A stretch of 63,209 bases of DNA, the filler included, from an uncultured Methanosarcinales archaeon (GTDB lineage Archaea; Nanobdellota; Nanobdellia; Woesearchaeales; DSVV01), in the NCBI GenBank assembly GCA_964593285.1. It is 6 parts of 6 records of this genome, joined end to end, with 100 filler letters (N's around TTAATTAATTAA, not from the genome) between each part and the next. Parts side by side here need not be neighbours in the genome. Positions count along the whole stretch, not along the records: positions 26,837 to 38,362 come from CAZQHZ010000027.1; positions 38,463 to 49,155 come from CAZQHZ010000028.1; 4 more parts are not named here. One strand, written 5' to 3'. A program made the position numbers and the translations under genes. The stretch's first letter is position 1. Each line of letters opens with the position of its first letter. Under the pieces are notes generated by a model. That model was not told where the DNA came from. It made no database searches and saw only the letters and a list, made by a program, of their open reading frames with translations. Of this stretch, positions 29,978 to 40,211 are shown piece by piece.

Positions 29978-31231
29978 ATGATTGAAGAAGCTATTGTAAA
30001 TGAAGGATATAAAAAAGCAATTGAAATTTTAAAGAAAAATTCAACTAAAATTGGTTTTTCAGCATCAACTGAAAAACATGCTAATTACTATTCTATTTGG
30101 GCAAGGGATCATTCAATATGTGCAATTGCGGCTGTTCTTTCAAAAGATAAAGAATTAATAGAAACTGCAAAAAAAGGAATATTATTACTTCTTAGAAACC
30201 AAGCAGATTTTGGACAGATTCCAAGCTATGTTGAATTAGAAAATAAAAAAAAAGTTTATGGTGGTCTTGGAAATATTACTTCAGTTGATTCAAATCTTTG
30301 GGTTGTAATTGCGGCTGCATTCATATATAAAGAAACAAAAGATAAACGGTTTGTTTCAGATAAAGTTATGCTTCGTTATAAAAAAATTTATACCTTATTA
30401 AAATCTTTTGACTCAAATAGTTGTGGACTTATTGAAATGCCACCTGCCGGCGACTGGGCAGATATATTTGATAGAACATACCATGTATTATATGATGAAG
30501 TGCTTTATTATCAAGCATTAAAAGATTTACTTTTTTTATTTAAATATGGTATTGGAGATATTCAATCAGAAGATGTGAATAAAAAAATAAAAAAACGTAT
30601 TAAATGGGTTGGTAAAAGAAAACCTTATGTTAAAAGAAGGATAAATTATCTTTTTTGGTTAACTAAAGACAATACTGAAAAGATTTATGAAGAATACATG
30701 ATATTTGATCCAACACCAAAAGAAACCTATCCATTTTATCAATCGCATCTAATGCCATTTAAACATAACTGGGCAAAACGCTTTGATAGTTTTGGAAATA
30801 TTCTTGCAATGGCAACAAAAATTGCTAATAAAAAACGTTCAAAAAAAATTATTAAGCATATTACCAAAAATAAAATAAATCTTCCAGTAGCTATAAGGGC
30901 ACTTTATCCTGTTGTATATAAACATGAAAGAGATTGGCAATCGATTTATTCAAGAAAAGAACGGCCACATACATACCATAATGGTGGTATATGGCCACTT
31001 ATAACTGGTTTTTGGATTTATGTATTAAATAAAAATAATCATCCAAACATTGCAAAAAGAGATATGATTAATCTTGCAGACCATCTTGAAAAAACTGGCT
31101 GGAAATTTCATGAGTATTTTCATGGAAAAACACTAAAACCAATGGGTAGAACAGAGCAAGCATGGAGTGCTGCAGGATACATTATAGGATATCATTCATT
31201 TAATCATAACATGTGTTTATTTAATAATTAA
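29978..31231 (+). CDS. GH100-like glycoside hydrolase (alkaline/neutral invertase-type (alpha/alpha)6 barrel)
   Basis: IWARD, VDSNLW, DWAD, YHNGGIWP, EY...QAWSAAG. Confidence 0.85.
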   Translation: MIEEAIVNEGYKKAIEILKKNSTKIGFSASTEKHANYYSIWARDHSICAIAAVLSKDKELIETAKKGILLLLRNQADFGQIPSYVELENKKKVYGGLGNITSVDSNLWVVIAAAFIYKETKDKRFVSDKVMLRYKKIYTLLKSFDSNSCGLIEMPPAGDWADIFDRTYHVLYDEVLYYQALKDLLFLFKYGIGDIQSEDVNKKIKKRIKWVGKRKPYVKRRINYLFWLTKDNTEKIYEEYMIFDPTPKETYPFYQSHLMPFKHNWAKRFDSFGNILAMATKIANKKRSKKIIKHITKNKINLPVAIRALYPVVYKHERDWQSIYSRKERPHTYHNGGIWPLITGFWIYVLNKNNHPNIAKRDMINLADHLEKTGWKFHEYFHGKTLKPMGRTEQAWSAAGYIIGYHSFNHNMCLFNN

Positions 31232-31282
31232 AATTTAATCAAAAAGAAAAATTAATTAAATGATAATGTATCTATGTTTTTC

Positions 31283-31566
31283 ATGAATACATATAAAAAA
31301 TTAAATAATCTTAAAAATAATTTATTTGAGATGAATTCTGCAATTATTGCTTTTTCTGGAGGAATTGATTCAACATTTTTACTTAAAATCGCAAAAGAAA
31401 TTTTAAAAAAATTAAAACAAAATATGGAACTGTTAGTGTTAAGATTGGAAAATATAATGGTAAAATAATTAAAACAAAACCTGAATTTGAGGAATGCAAA
31501 AAAATAGCCAAAAAAAACAATATTTCTCTACTTAATTTATATAATGAAATAAATAAAAAAATTTGA
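31283..31566 (+). pseudogene. larE 5' fragment fused out of frame to larC 3' fragment
   Basis: IIAFSGGIDSTFLLKIAKEIL (LarE PP-loop), then from ~31405 in another frame IKTKYGTVSVKIG..NG....KPEFEECKKIA (LarC C-terminus), stop at 31566. Confidence 0.8.
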
Positions 31567-31702
31567 ATTTATTGAAAATAATTATAAAAATTATGTAAAA
31601 TGCGAATAAATTCTAAAAATTAATAAAAATTCTTTGAAAAAAATAAAAGATTTTTAATTATTTTTAATTAAAATTTATTAAAAAAATAATAAATTAATAT
31701 TT

Positions 31703-32905
31703 ATGTTCTTTGAAATAATGTTTGTTGTTTTACTTGGAATTATTGCTGGATGCTTTACTGGCTTAGTTCCAGGGATTCACATAAATTTAATTGCTGCATT
31801 ATTAATTAGTGCTTCAACTTTTCTATTAAATTACTTTAATGTAGTTTCTTTATGTGTATTTATTGTTTGTATGTCAATAACACATACTTTTGTAAGCGTA
31901 ATTCCTGCAATTTTTTTTGGAGCACCAGAATCATCTAATGCTCTTGGAGTATTACCAGGCCATAGGTTTTTATTAAAAGGATATGGCTTTGATGCAGTTA
32001 AATTAACTGTTATTGGAAGCTATTTTGCAATACTAATTTCAATATTTTTTTTCATAATATTTATAATAATTGTTGAAAAATTTTATCCAATAATTAGAGA
32101 TTACATTGGATTTATTTTAATAATAATTGCAACATTTATGATTTTTAGAGATAATAAAAGATTATGGGCAATGTTTGTTTTTTTTATATCAGGTTGTTTT
32201 GGTTTAATTGTTTTTAATCTACCGTCATTAAATGAACCCTTATTTCCTATGCTTTCTGGATTATTTGGAATTTCAACATTAATAATATCAATTAATTCAC
32301 AAAATAAAATTCCATTACAAAAAATAACAAATAAAATAAATTTAAAAACTAAAACTATTGTTCAAGCATTACTATCAGGACAATTTTCTGGGTTTTTAAC
32401 ATCAATTTTACCTGGACTTGGAAGTGCAACTGCTGCAATAATATCAATGCAAATTACAAGAAATTTAAAAGATAAAGGTTTTTTAATTTTAATTGGAAGT
32501 ATTAGCACAGTAAATTTTGTTTTATCACTTGTTGCATTTTTAGTTTTAGATAGAGCTAGAAATGGAAGCATTATTGCTGTAAAAGAACTTATTAGTGAAG
32601 CTAATATTTTACTAATAATAATTTTTTTATGCTCTGCCTTAATTACTGGAAGCGTTAGTGTTTTTTTAACATTTAAACTTGGAATTTTTTTTTCTAAAAT
32701 TATAAACAAAATAAATTATAAAAAAACAGTAATTTTTGTAATAATTTTCATAACTTTATTAGTGTTTATTATATCTGGAATTTTAGGTTTATTTGTTTTA
32801 TTAATTGCAACTGCAATTGGAATAATACCTGCAATTACAAAAATTACACGAACACATGGAATGGGATGTATTTTACTTCCAGTTATTTTGTTTTTTATTT
32901 TATAA
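31703..32905 (+). CDS. Archaeal TctA-family (DUF112) permease
   Basis: GCFTGLVPGIHIN, IPAIFFGAP, LPGH; internal repeat LPGLGSA. Confidence 0.9.
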   Translation: MFFEIMFVVLLGIIAGCFTGLVPGIHINLIAALLISASTFLLNYFNVVSLCVFIVCMSITHTFVSVIPAIFFGAPESSNALGVLPGHRFLLKGYGFDAVKLTVIGSYFAILISIFFFIIFIIIVEKFYPIIRDYIGFILIIIATFMIFRDNKRLWAMFVFFISGCFGLIVFNLPSLNEPLFPMLSGLFGISTLIISINSQNKIPLQKITNKINLKTKTIVQALLSGQFSGFLTSILPGLGSATAAIISMQITRNLKDKGFLILIGSISTVNFVLSLVAFLVLDRARNGSIIAVKELISEANILLIIIFLCSALITGSVSVFLTFKLGIFFSKIINKINYKKTVIFVIIFITLLVFIISGILGLFVLLIATAIGIIPAITKITRTHGMGCILLPVILFFIL

Positions 32906-34069
32906 AATATTAAAAATACTACCAAAAATAAATCCTGCAATTGTTGAATAAAAAATAACTAAGCTAATATATACTAAAGTTTTTTTTGTTCCAATAATTT
33001 TTCTAATAACTAACATGTTTGGTAAACTTAAACTTGGACCTGCTAGTAGCAATGCTAATGCTGGACCATAATGCATACCTTTTGAAATTAATGCATGTAA
33101 AATTGGAATTTCAGTTAATGTTGAAAAATACATAAATGCACCAAATATTGAAGCAATAAAATTTCCAAAAATTGTATTTTTCCCAACAATATTAGTAATT
33201 AAATCTTCTGGTAGTATTGGCATAATAAACCCTGCAATAAAAATTCCAATAAATAATAATGGTAAAATTAGTTTTGAAAATGACCATGTTTCACATAACC
33301 ATTTATTTCTAATTTCTGTTTTAAATTTAAAAATTGAAATAAATACAATTATTAATAAAAATAAAGCCATAATAATATATTTTACAAATTGGTTAATTGA
33401 AAGTCCATTAACAATTAAAATTCCAAGCATTAATAAAAAAAAACTAATTAATGTAAATTTTGAAATATTACTTTTTTCTTCATTTTGTATAAAAAAAGTT
33501 CCTTTTGTTAATTGTTCTCTAAATATAAAACTCATGGTAAGTCCAATTAAAATAGCTAAAATAATTGCAAAAAAAATTCTTGCAATTCCAATTTTTAATC
33601 CAAGTACATTTATTGTTAAAAAAATTGCTGCAACATTTATTGCAGGACCTGAAAATAAAAATGTTATTGCAGGGCCAAGACCAGCACCATTTTTTCTAAT
33701 ACCAGCAAATAAAGGCAATATTGTACATGAACATACAGCTAAAATCCCACCTGAAATTGCTGCAATACTATATGATAAATATTTTTTTGTTTTATCCCCT
33801 AAATATTTTAAAACTTTGTCTTTTCGAATAAATACCCCAATTGCACCTGCAATAAATAATGCAGGTAAAAGACAAGTTAATATATGTTTTTTTGCATAAT
33901 CACTTAAAAGTTCTAGGGCATTAGTAATAGAATTTAAAAGCCAAAAATCATAATTAATGAATGCTAAATTAGTAAAAAAATTTGTTGGTATAAAAAAAAA
34001 CAATAAAAATACAAACAAAATACTAAATAAAATAATTAAATCTTTATTTTTCATTTTTTCACATCCCAA
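32900..34069 (-). CDS. ArsP/DUF318 permease
   Basis: LAVCSCTILPLF, FLFSGPAIN, MYFSTLTEIP, LLAGPSLSLP. Confidence 0.9.
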   Translation of the reverse strand: MGCEKMKNKDLIILFSILFVFLLFFFIPTNFFTNLAFINYDFWLLNSITNALELLSDYAKKHILTCLLPALFIAGAIGVFIRKDKVLKYLGDKTKKYLSYSIAAISGGILAVCSCTILPLFAGIRKNGAGLGPAITFLFSGPAINVAAIFLTINVLGLKIGIARIFFAIILAILIGLTMSFIFREQLTKGTFFIQNEEKSNISKFTLISFFLLMLGILIVNGLSINQFVKYIIMALFLLIIVFISIFKFKTEIRNKWLCETWSFSKLILPLLFIGIFIAGFIMPILPEDLITNIVGKNTIFGNFIASIFGAFMYFSTLTEIPILHALISKGMHYGPALALLLAGPSLSLPNMLVIRKIIGTKKTLVYISLVIFYSTIAGFIFGSIFNIL

Positions 34070-34790
34070 ATATTAAATGTTTAATATAAAATATATAAAT
34101 ATAATAAACCCCAACAATTAAAAAAACAACTCCAATTACTTTTCTTGACCATTTTTCAAATGTTTGAATTTTATCAATTATTTTTCCAAGTTTTGAAACA
34201 CTATAAACTAAGATAAATGATAATATAATTACAGGTAGACCTGTTGCAAATGCAAATACTGATGGAATAAAAATTCCATCTCCAGCGTTAAGTGCAATTG
34301 GAATTAGCATTCCAAAAAATAATACTGCACTAAATGGACAAAATGCCAAAGCAAAAATTACACCCAATAAAAAACTTCCAAGATATCCTTTTTTTGCAAG
34401 TTTTTCTTTTAATTGATTTAATTTACCACTATTTTTTAAAAATTTATATTTAATTAAATCAAGCATCATAACTCCAATTATTATTAACAGAGGTCCTAAA
34501 ATACTTTCAGCATATTTTTGTAAAAATAATGCGATTGTTTGAGTATTAAGTCCAAACCAGACGATTGCTGAAGCAATCAATACATAAGTTAATATTCTTC
34601 CAAAAGTGTATAAAAAAGCTACTTTAATGGTATGCTTGCTATTGTTTATATGCTTGCTTGCATAAGCTATTGCAGTTATGTTTGTTGCAAGTGGGCATGG
34701 ACTAATTGCAGTCATTAAACCTATAAAAAATGCAGCAATTATTGCAATTTCACTACTTCCCATAGCTTCCATAAATTCCATTAATCCCAT
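34059..34790 (-). CDS. ArsG-like (DsbD/CcdA-fold) aromatic aminoarsenical efflux permease
   Basis: TAISPCPLATNI and FALAFCP motifs; operon context. Confidence 0.8.
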   Translation of the reverse strand: MGLMEFMEAMGSSEIAIIAAFFIGLMTAISPCPLATNITAIAYASKHINNSKHTIKVAFLYTFGRILTYVLIASAIVWFGLNTQTIALFLQKYAESILGPLLIIIGVMMLDLIKYKFLKNSGKLNQLKEKLAKKGYLGSFLLGVIFALAFCPFSAVLFFGMLIPIALNAGDGIFIPSVFAFATGLPVIILSFILVYSVSKLGKIIDKIQTFEKWSRKVIGVVFLIVGVYYIYIFYIKHLIFGM

Positions 34791-34792
34791 AT

Positions 34793-35269
34793 TTAATTAC
34801 CAGCTAATTTTTCTTCAATTACTCCTTTAAGATAATTCATATAACCTTCTTTATCACGTAATTTATACCATACTTTGGTATTTTGCTCAGCAGAAAAATC
34901 ATCTCCATCATATGTTCCAAGCCATAATGATGAACCTGTTGCACCATACTTTATTACTAATTCTCTATTCTCTGAAAGTTGTCCATCTATATGATCAAAA
35001 ACAATCAAACCACTTTCAAGTTCATCTTTAAAATAAGTATTTACTGTCTCTTCTGCATAATCTCCCATTGTTATGCAAGAATAACACTGCGTAGTTCCAT
35101 GAAAATGAAATATTTCTAGTTTATCAATATTAATTATTCTTTCTTTTTCTACTTCTTCATTAAAATCATCACTTTCTTCAACATCTACATCCATAGTGCA
35201 AGCTGTAATACTAATGAATAATAAAAATAATAATAATAATATTAATTTCATGTTATAATTTAAAGCCAT
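34793..35269 (-). CDS. ArsF-like thioredoxin-fold lipoprotein
   Basis: Lipobox-like ITAC, FHFHGTTQCYSC, YGATGSSL. Confidence 0.75.
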   Translation of the reverse strand: MALNYNMKLILLLLFLLFISITACTMDVDVEESDDFNEEVEKERIINIDKLEIFHFHGTTQCYSCITMGDYAEETVNTYFKDELESGLIVFDHIDGQLSENRELVIKYGATGSSLWLGTYDGDDFSAEQNTKVWYKLRDKEGYMNYLKGVIEEKLAGN

Positions 35270-35487
35270 TTTTTTATTTCTTCAACCTCATTAACCTTGC
35301 CATATGATTTTATTTCACCATCGATTACAATTGCAGGAGTTGACATTACACCATATGAAATAATTTCATTTATATCAGTAATTTTATTTATTTTTGCATC
35401 AATTGATTTTTCTTTTAATGCTTTTTTTGTATTTTCAAGTAATTCTTCACATCTTGGACAGTTACTTCCTAAAATTTCAATTTTCAT
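35260..35487 (-). CDS. Small redox-active disulfide protein (MTH895/ArsE-like thioredoxin)
   Basis: IEILGSNCPRC, YGVMSTPAIVIDG; AGGAGG SD. Confidence 0.9.
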   Translation of the reverse strand: MKIEILGSNCPRCEELLENTKKALKEKSIDAKINKITDINEIISYGVMSTPAIVIDGEIKSYGKVNEVEEIKKWL

Positions 35488-35503
35488 TTTTTAAAATCCT
35501 CCT

Positions 35504-35761
35504 TTAATTTAATAATTTAAAAATTTTAAATACTTTTTTATCTTTAATAGAATACATTATTTTTTTGCCATCTCTTCTTGATTTTAAAATATTTAATTCA
35601 ACTAATTTTAATAAATGCATTGATGTATTTGATTGTGTTTTATTAATTATTGATGGAATTTTACAAGCACATAATTCTCCATCAATTAAAGATTTTACAA
35701 TATTAAATCTAGTTTCCTGACCTAATGCACTTAGAAGTTTGATTTTTTCACAATCCTTCAT
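35504..35761 (-). CDS. arsR: ArsR/SmtB family repressor
   Basis: ALGQETRFNIV, ELCAC, QSNTSMHL, SRRDGK..MY. Confidence 0.9.
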   Translation of the reverse strand: MKDCEKIKLLSALGQETRFNIVKSLIDGELCACKIPSIINKTQSNTSMHLLKLVELNILKSRRDGKKIMYSIKDKKVFKIFKLLN

Positions 35762-35780
35762 ATCAATATGTATTGATATG
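35759..35780. promoter_or_regulatory. Perfect palindromic ArsR operator overlapping the start codon
   Basis: CATATCAATA-TG-TATTGATATG; TATA box TTTATAAA at ~35784-35791. Confidence 0.8.
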
Positions 35781-35809
35781 TTATTTATAAATTTTTATAT
35801 TTTTTAAAA

Positions 35810-38242
35810 TTAATATTTTTTTTCAACAATAGAATAAAATCCATTATAATCTTTTATTGCAAAAATTTGCATTTCAACAATACTACTTCCAGTTGTATAA
35901 ATATTCACATTCCCATTATTAAATAATTTATTTACAAAACCTTGTGATTTTGTAATATGATCTAATTTACTATAAATTATTGTCTTTTTTGATTTAAATA
36001 ATACACCAGAATATTTAATCAATCTTTCATCTTGAATTATGAAAGATATTTTTTTAATTATTAAAATTAGAAAAAATAAAATAATTGGTAAAAACAGTAA
36101 CAATGGTAAAAAAATTACAGAAATTAAACAAATAAAAAAGACACTATTTTTAGGAGTAGGTTTTGTCTTTAATATATTATTTTCAAATAATTTTTCAGAA
36201 TTCTTTTTTACATTATGATTATAATGTAACTTTTCATCTATTAAATCATGAACAGTATGTGTGTCTTTTAAATAATTCATAGTAAATGAATTTGAAATAA
36301 TTGATTTTTGATTTTGATTTGTTTGAATTACTGACTCTCCTGCAATATTAAATCTTAAACTTCCAATATTTTCTATAAATGGAAATTTTATTGATTCTAA
36401 ATCTTTAATATTATTATATTTAGAATAATATGTTTTACTAATTAATAAACCTCTAGTATATAAAACAAAATCATCAAATATTTTTAATCTTGCAGTTCTA
36501 TAATAATATTTATTATAAAAATGAATTATTGGTATTAATAACAAAATTAGTATAAAGCTAGGAATTAAAATTAATGGATTTATAAAAATACTAACAACGC
36601 TTAATGTTAAAATTAAAAATATAAAAAATATCCAGTTATATAAATTTTTAAAAATTAAATTTTTGAAAGTGTAATTTGCTTTATATTCGTTAACTATTTT
36701 TTTATCTAATAATTCAAACTTTTGTAATAATCCATTCATTAATTCATCTGTTTTTTTTATATTTTTAAAATAAATATTACCAGTTGACCCAATAGAATTA
36801 AATTCTATACTAATTGTATTAAAAAATTTATCAATTATGCTTTCTTTAATTGTTATTTTTGTAATTTTTTCTAATGTAAATTCATAATTTTTTGAATTTA
36901 AAAAATTAAAATCATGCTCTATGCTTTTTTTATTAATTTTAAAAGTTGTACAAAATACCTCAATTATACTTTTAATAATAAAAATAAAAAACACAAAAAT
37001 GAACCAAAATAAAAAAACAAAAACACCAAATAATAATTTAAAAAAACTAATGTCTCCTATAATTGATACTAAACCTAAAATGATAAAGCTTAATATGAAA
37101 AAACAAATAATAAAAAATCCAAATGGCAAAAATGTTCTTTTTGCATCCATTTTTGTAATAAATGTAAAATCATCGCCTAATTTTTTAGAACTTAATTTTT
37201 CTTTTTTATCTTTCTTATCCTTATCATCAACAGTTAAATTTGTTTTTTCACTAACTTTTACTGTTTTTTCTTTTTTATTAATTAATGAAGGCGTAATTGA
37301 AATTAATTCATCTAAGTTTTTTTTAAATAATTTACCATTTTTAATATTTGTAAAATAAATTTCATTACTGCTTCCTTGACTACTTATTTTAATATCATAT
37401 AAATCAAAAATTTTATCAAAAAATGTTTGTGTAATTTCTGAATCTGATAAATTTTCAATTGGAATATAAGAATAGTTTCTTGTTAAAAAACCATCATAAT
37501 ATTCAATCATATCTTCATACAAATAATAAACTCTCCTTTTTAAATCTAAAAATTTTAAAATTAAATTAACACTAATTATCAATGCAATAAATAACAATAC
37601 TGGAATAACTAATAATAAATAATCCATAAAAAAACTAATTGTTGCAGGCAATGCAAATAGTAATATAAAAAAAAATGAAAAAATCATACCAAAAAATCTT
37701 TTTGATAATTCAAAAATAATTGCAAGTGTACTTGGTTTCTCTTTTTGAATTAATTTATTTCTGGATAAGACAAAACCATTTTTCTCCATTTGATACCAGA
37801 TTTTTTCATATATTTGATTTATTTTAGAAATTGATGAAAAATAAATTTCAGTCTCGCTACTTCCTGCAGCTTTTACTAAAATATTTCCAGTATTAAAGAA
37901 TTTATGTTCAATAAATGGTTTATTCATCCAAACTTGAGTTATATTTTTTATAATTAATTCAGTTTGATGATCAGAAAAAAATCCACCTTTTTTTGCAATA
38001 AACCTATTATCTTTTATAATGTAAATTTCTTTTTTATATCTAACATTTAAATATGCAAAATTAAATATATTAATAATAAAAAATAAACTAATTGGTATTA
38101 TTAAAATTAATGAATTAGTGTTTGTAAAAAATAATACTAAACTAATTATTCCAAAAATAAAAAATAAAATTATTAATGAAATAAAAAATTTATAATAAAC
38201 AAATGCACTTTTTTCTGGTTTAAATGTTATTTCATTATCCAT
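35810..38242 (-). CDS. Membrane protein with multiple bacterial PH (bPH_2) domains (YdbS/YdbT-like)
   Basis: Repeated TM hairpin plus domain units (Y.I...R.....G.F...I..I..Q.F..K.F..G.I...G), about five copies. Confidence 0.8.
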   Translation of the reverse strand: MDNEITFKPEKSAFVYYKFFISLIILFFIFGIISLVLFFTNTNSLILIIPISLFFIINIFNFAYLNVRYKKEIYIIKDNRFIAKKGGFFSDHQTELIIKNITQVWMNKPFIEHKFFNTGNILVKAAGSSETEIYFSSISKINQIYEKIWYQMEKNGFVLSRNKLIQKEKPSTLAIIFELSKRFFGMIFSFFFILLFALPATISFFMDYLLLVIPVLLFIALIISVNLILKFLDLKRRVYYLYEDMIEYYDGFLTRNYSYIPIENLSDSEITQTFFDKIFDLYDIKISSQGSSNEIYFTNIKNGKLFKKNLDELISITPSLINKKEKTVKVSEKTNLTVDDKDKKDKKEKLSSKKLGDDFTFITKMDAKRTFLPFGFFIICFFILSFIILGLVSIIGDISFFKLLFGVFVFLFWFIFVFFIFIIKSIIEVFCTTFKINKKSIEHDFNFLNSKNYEFTLEKITKITIKESIIDKFFNTISIEFNSIGSTGNIYFKNIKKTDELMNGLLQKFELLDKKIVNEYKANYTFKNLIFKNLYNWIFFIFLILTLSVVSIFINPLILIPSFILILLLIPIIHFYNKYYYRTARLKIFDDFVLYTRGLLISKTYYSKYNNIKDLESIKFPFIENIGSLRFNIAGESVIQTNQNQKSIISNSFTMNYLKDTHTVHDLIDEKLHYNHNVKKNSEKLFENNILKTKPTPKNSVFFICLISVIFLPLLLFLPIILFFLILIIKKISFIIQDERLIKYSGVLFKSKKTIIYSKLDHITKSQGFVNKLFNNGNVNIYTTGSSIVEMQIFAIKDYNGFYSIVEKKY

Positions 38243-38362
38243 TTTTTATTATTTTTTTAATTAATATTTTTTATAAATGGTTTTGTTTTTAAATAACTTT
38301 TGATTTCTTTTAACTATTTCCAATTTACCTTAATTTCATCAGTTCTCTCATATGGTTTAATT

Positions 38363-38462
38363 NNNNNNNNNNNNNNNNNNNNNNNNNNNNNNNNNNNNNN
38401 NNNNNNTTAATTAATTAANNNNNNNNNNNNNNNNNNNNNNNNNNNNNNNNNNNNNNNNNNNN
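38363..38462. other. Artificial contig linker
   Basis: N-TTAATTAATTAA-N. Confidence 0.98.
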
Positions 38463-38506
38463 CAATATATTTATAAATAATTAATTAATTTTTAATTATA
38501 AATTTT

Positions 38507-38632
38507 CCCTACCTAGCTCAATTGGTAGAGCGTTCGGCTGTAGATGTTATAAGACAATCTCAAATTTTGAGAATGAATGAAATATAACCAGCTGAAACCG
38601 AAAGGTTCCTGGTTCAAATCCGGGGGTGGGGA
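38507..38632 (+). tRNA. tRNA-Tyr(GUA) with 53-nt intron at 37/38 (38544-38596)
   Basis: C1-G72 acceptor CCCTACC/GGTGGGG, A73, anticodon stem TTCGG/CCGAA, T-arm CCTGG-TTCAAAT-CCGGG. Confidence 0.92.
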
Positions 38633-38651
38633 TTTTTTATTTTTTTCTGTT

Positions 38652-39206
38652 TTATTTTTTTTCTGTTTTATATTCAGTTTTATAAACATCTAAGTCATCT
38701 AACATGTCTTTTTCCTGCCATTCTTTTACATAATCATCTTTTACATCAAATGTTTTAATACTGCCTTTTTCAGTCATTGAATGAACTTTTTTAATTCCTG
38801 CATTTATAATCATTTTTTTACAAATAAAACATGGAAATACATTAATTAATTTTTCAATTCCATCAATAATTCTAACACCATAAAGATACATATGTGAGTC
38901 TTCGATTTTAACACCATCTCTTGCCGCATTAATTATAGCATTTTGCTCTGAATGAACACTTCTACATAATTCATACCTTTGCCCAGATGGAATATTTAAA
39001 CTTCTTCTAAGACATGCATTTCTTTCAATGCAATCTTTTGTTTTACGAGGCGCTCCAACATAACCAGTAGATAAAATTCTTTTATTTTTAACAATTACAC
39101 AGCCAATTCTAACACAAAGACATGTGCCTCGAAGAGAAATATCTCTTGCAATATTCATAAAATACTCATCCCAAGTAGGCCTATTAATTAAATTTTTATT
39201 TTCCAT
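38652..39206 (-). CDS. dCMP deaminase (ComEB family)
   Basis: RPTWDEYFM, HSEQNA, PCFIC. Confidence 0.92.
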   Translation of the reverse strand: MENKNLINRPTWDEYFMNIARDISLRGTCLCVRIGCVIVKNKRILSTGYVGAPRKTKDCIERNACLRRSLNIPSGQRYELCRSVHSEQNAIINAARDGVKIEDSHMYLYGVRIIDGIEKLINVFPCFICKKMIINAGIKKVHSMTEKGSIKTFDVKDDYVKEWQEKDMLDDLDVYKTEYKTEKK

Positions 39207-39263
39207 AAAAAAATAAAAAAAAGATGTTAATTAAAAATTTTTTGAATTTAAAATTTAAAAAAA

Positions 39264-40109
39264 TTAAAATTTAATTTTATTTAATCTTTCAACCCTTGCT
39301 TCAACAGAAGGATGAGTTGAAAACAAATTAACTAAACCTTTTGCGTTAAAAGGATTTACTATAAATAAACTAGCACCTGCGTGATTTTCATTTCTAAATG
39401 GTTTTTGTTTTACACCATTTTTTAATTTTAATAATGCTGATGATAATCCTTTACTATCTTTTAAAATTTTTGCAGCATAATTATCTGCTAAAAATTCTCT
39501 ACTTCTTGAAATTCCCATTTGTAAAATTACTGCAGCAATTGGTGCAATTATTGCAAGAGCTAATATTTGAATAAAATTTGGACCATCATCACTATCAAAA
39601 CCACCAAAAATTGCAGCCCACTGTGCCATTGATGCAACAAAACTAATAACTGCTGCAATTGTTGCTGCAATTGATGCAACTAAAACATCTCTATTTTTAA
39701 TGTGAGAGATTTCATGTGCAATAACCCCTTTTAATTCTTCTTTATTTAATATATTTAAAATTCCTGTAGTTAATGCAACAACACCTTTTTTTGGATTCCT
39801 TCCTGTTGCAAAAGCATTTGGAGTATTATTATTTACAATGTATACCTTTGGCATTGGAATTTTAGCTTTTTTTGAAATATCACTTACTATTTCATAAATT
39901 TCTGGCATTTTACTTTTATCAAATTCTTTTGCTTTATACATCTTTAAAACTATTTTATCACTATACCAATAACTAAAAAAATTAATACCAATAGCAATAG
40001 TTAATCCAATAATTAAACCAAAAGTTCCACCAAGTAAAAAACCAATAAAAATCATTAAACCTGATAATAAACCAAGCAATAATGCTGTTTTTAAATAATT
40101 TTCAAACAT
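39264..40109 (-). CDS. htpX: Membrane zinc protease HtpX
   Basis: PNAFATGRNP, AHEISH, SRSREFLAD, FSTHP. Confidence 0.95.
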   Translation of the reverse strand: MFENYLKTALLLGLLSGLMIFIGFLLGGTFGLIIGLTIAIGINFFSYWYSDKIVLKMYKAKEFDKSKMPEIYEIVSDISKKAKIPMPKVYIVNNNTPNAFATGRNPKKGVVALTTGILNILNKEELKGVIAHEISHIKNRDVLVASIAATIAAVISFVASMAQWAAIFGGFDSDDGPNFIQILALAIIAPIAAVILQMGISRSREFLADNYAAKILKDSKGLSSALLKLKNGVKQKPFRNENHAGASLFIVNPFNAKGLVNLFSTHPSVEARVERLNKIKF

Positions 40110-40211
40110 TTAAATCACCCCACCATGATAATTAAATCATATTTTTTGTTAAAAAGAAAATTGATTTAAAAATATTATGGAATATTTAAAAAATAATATT
40201 TAAAATTTAAG

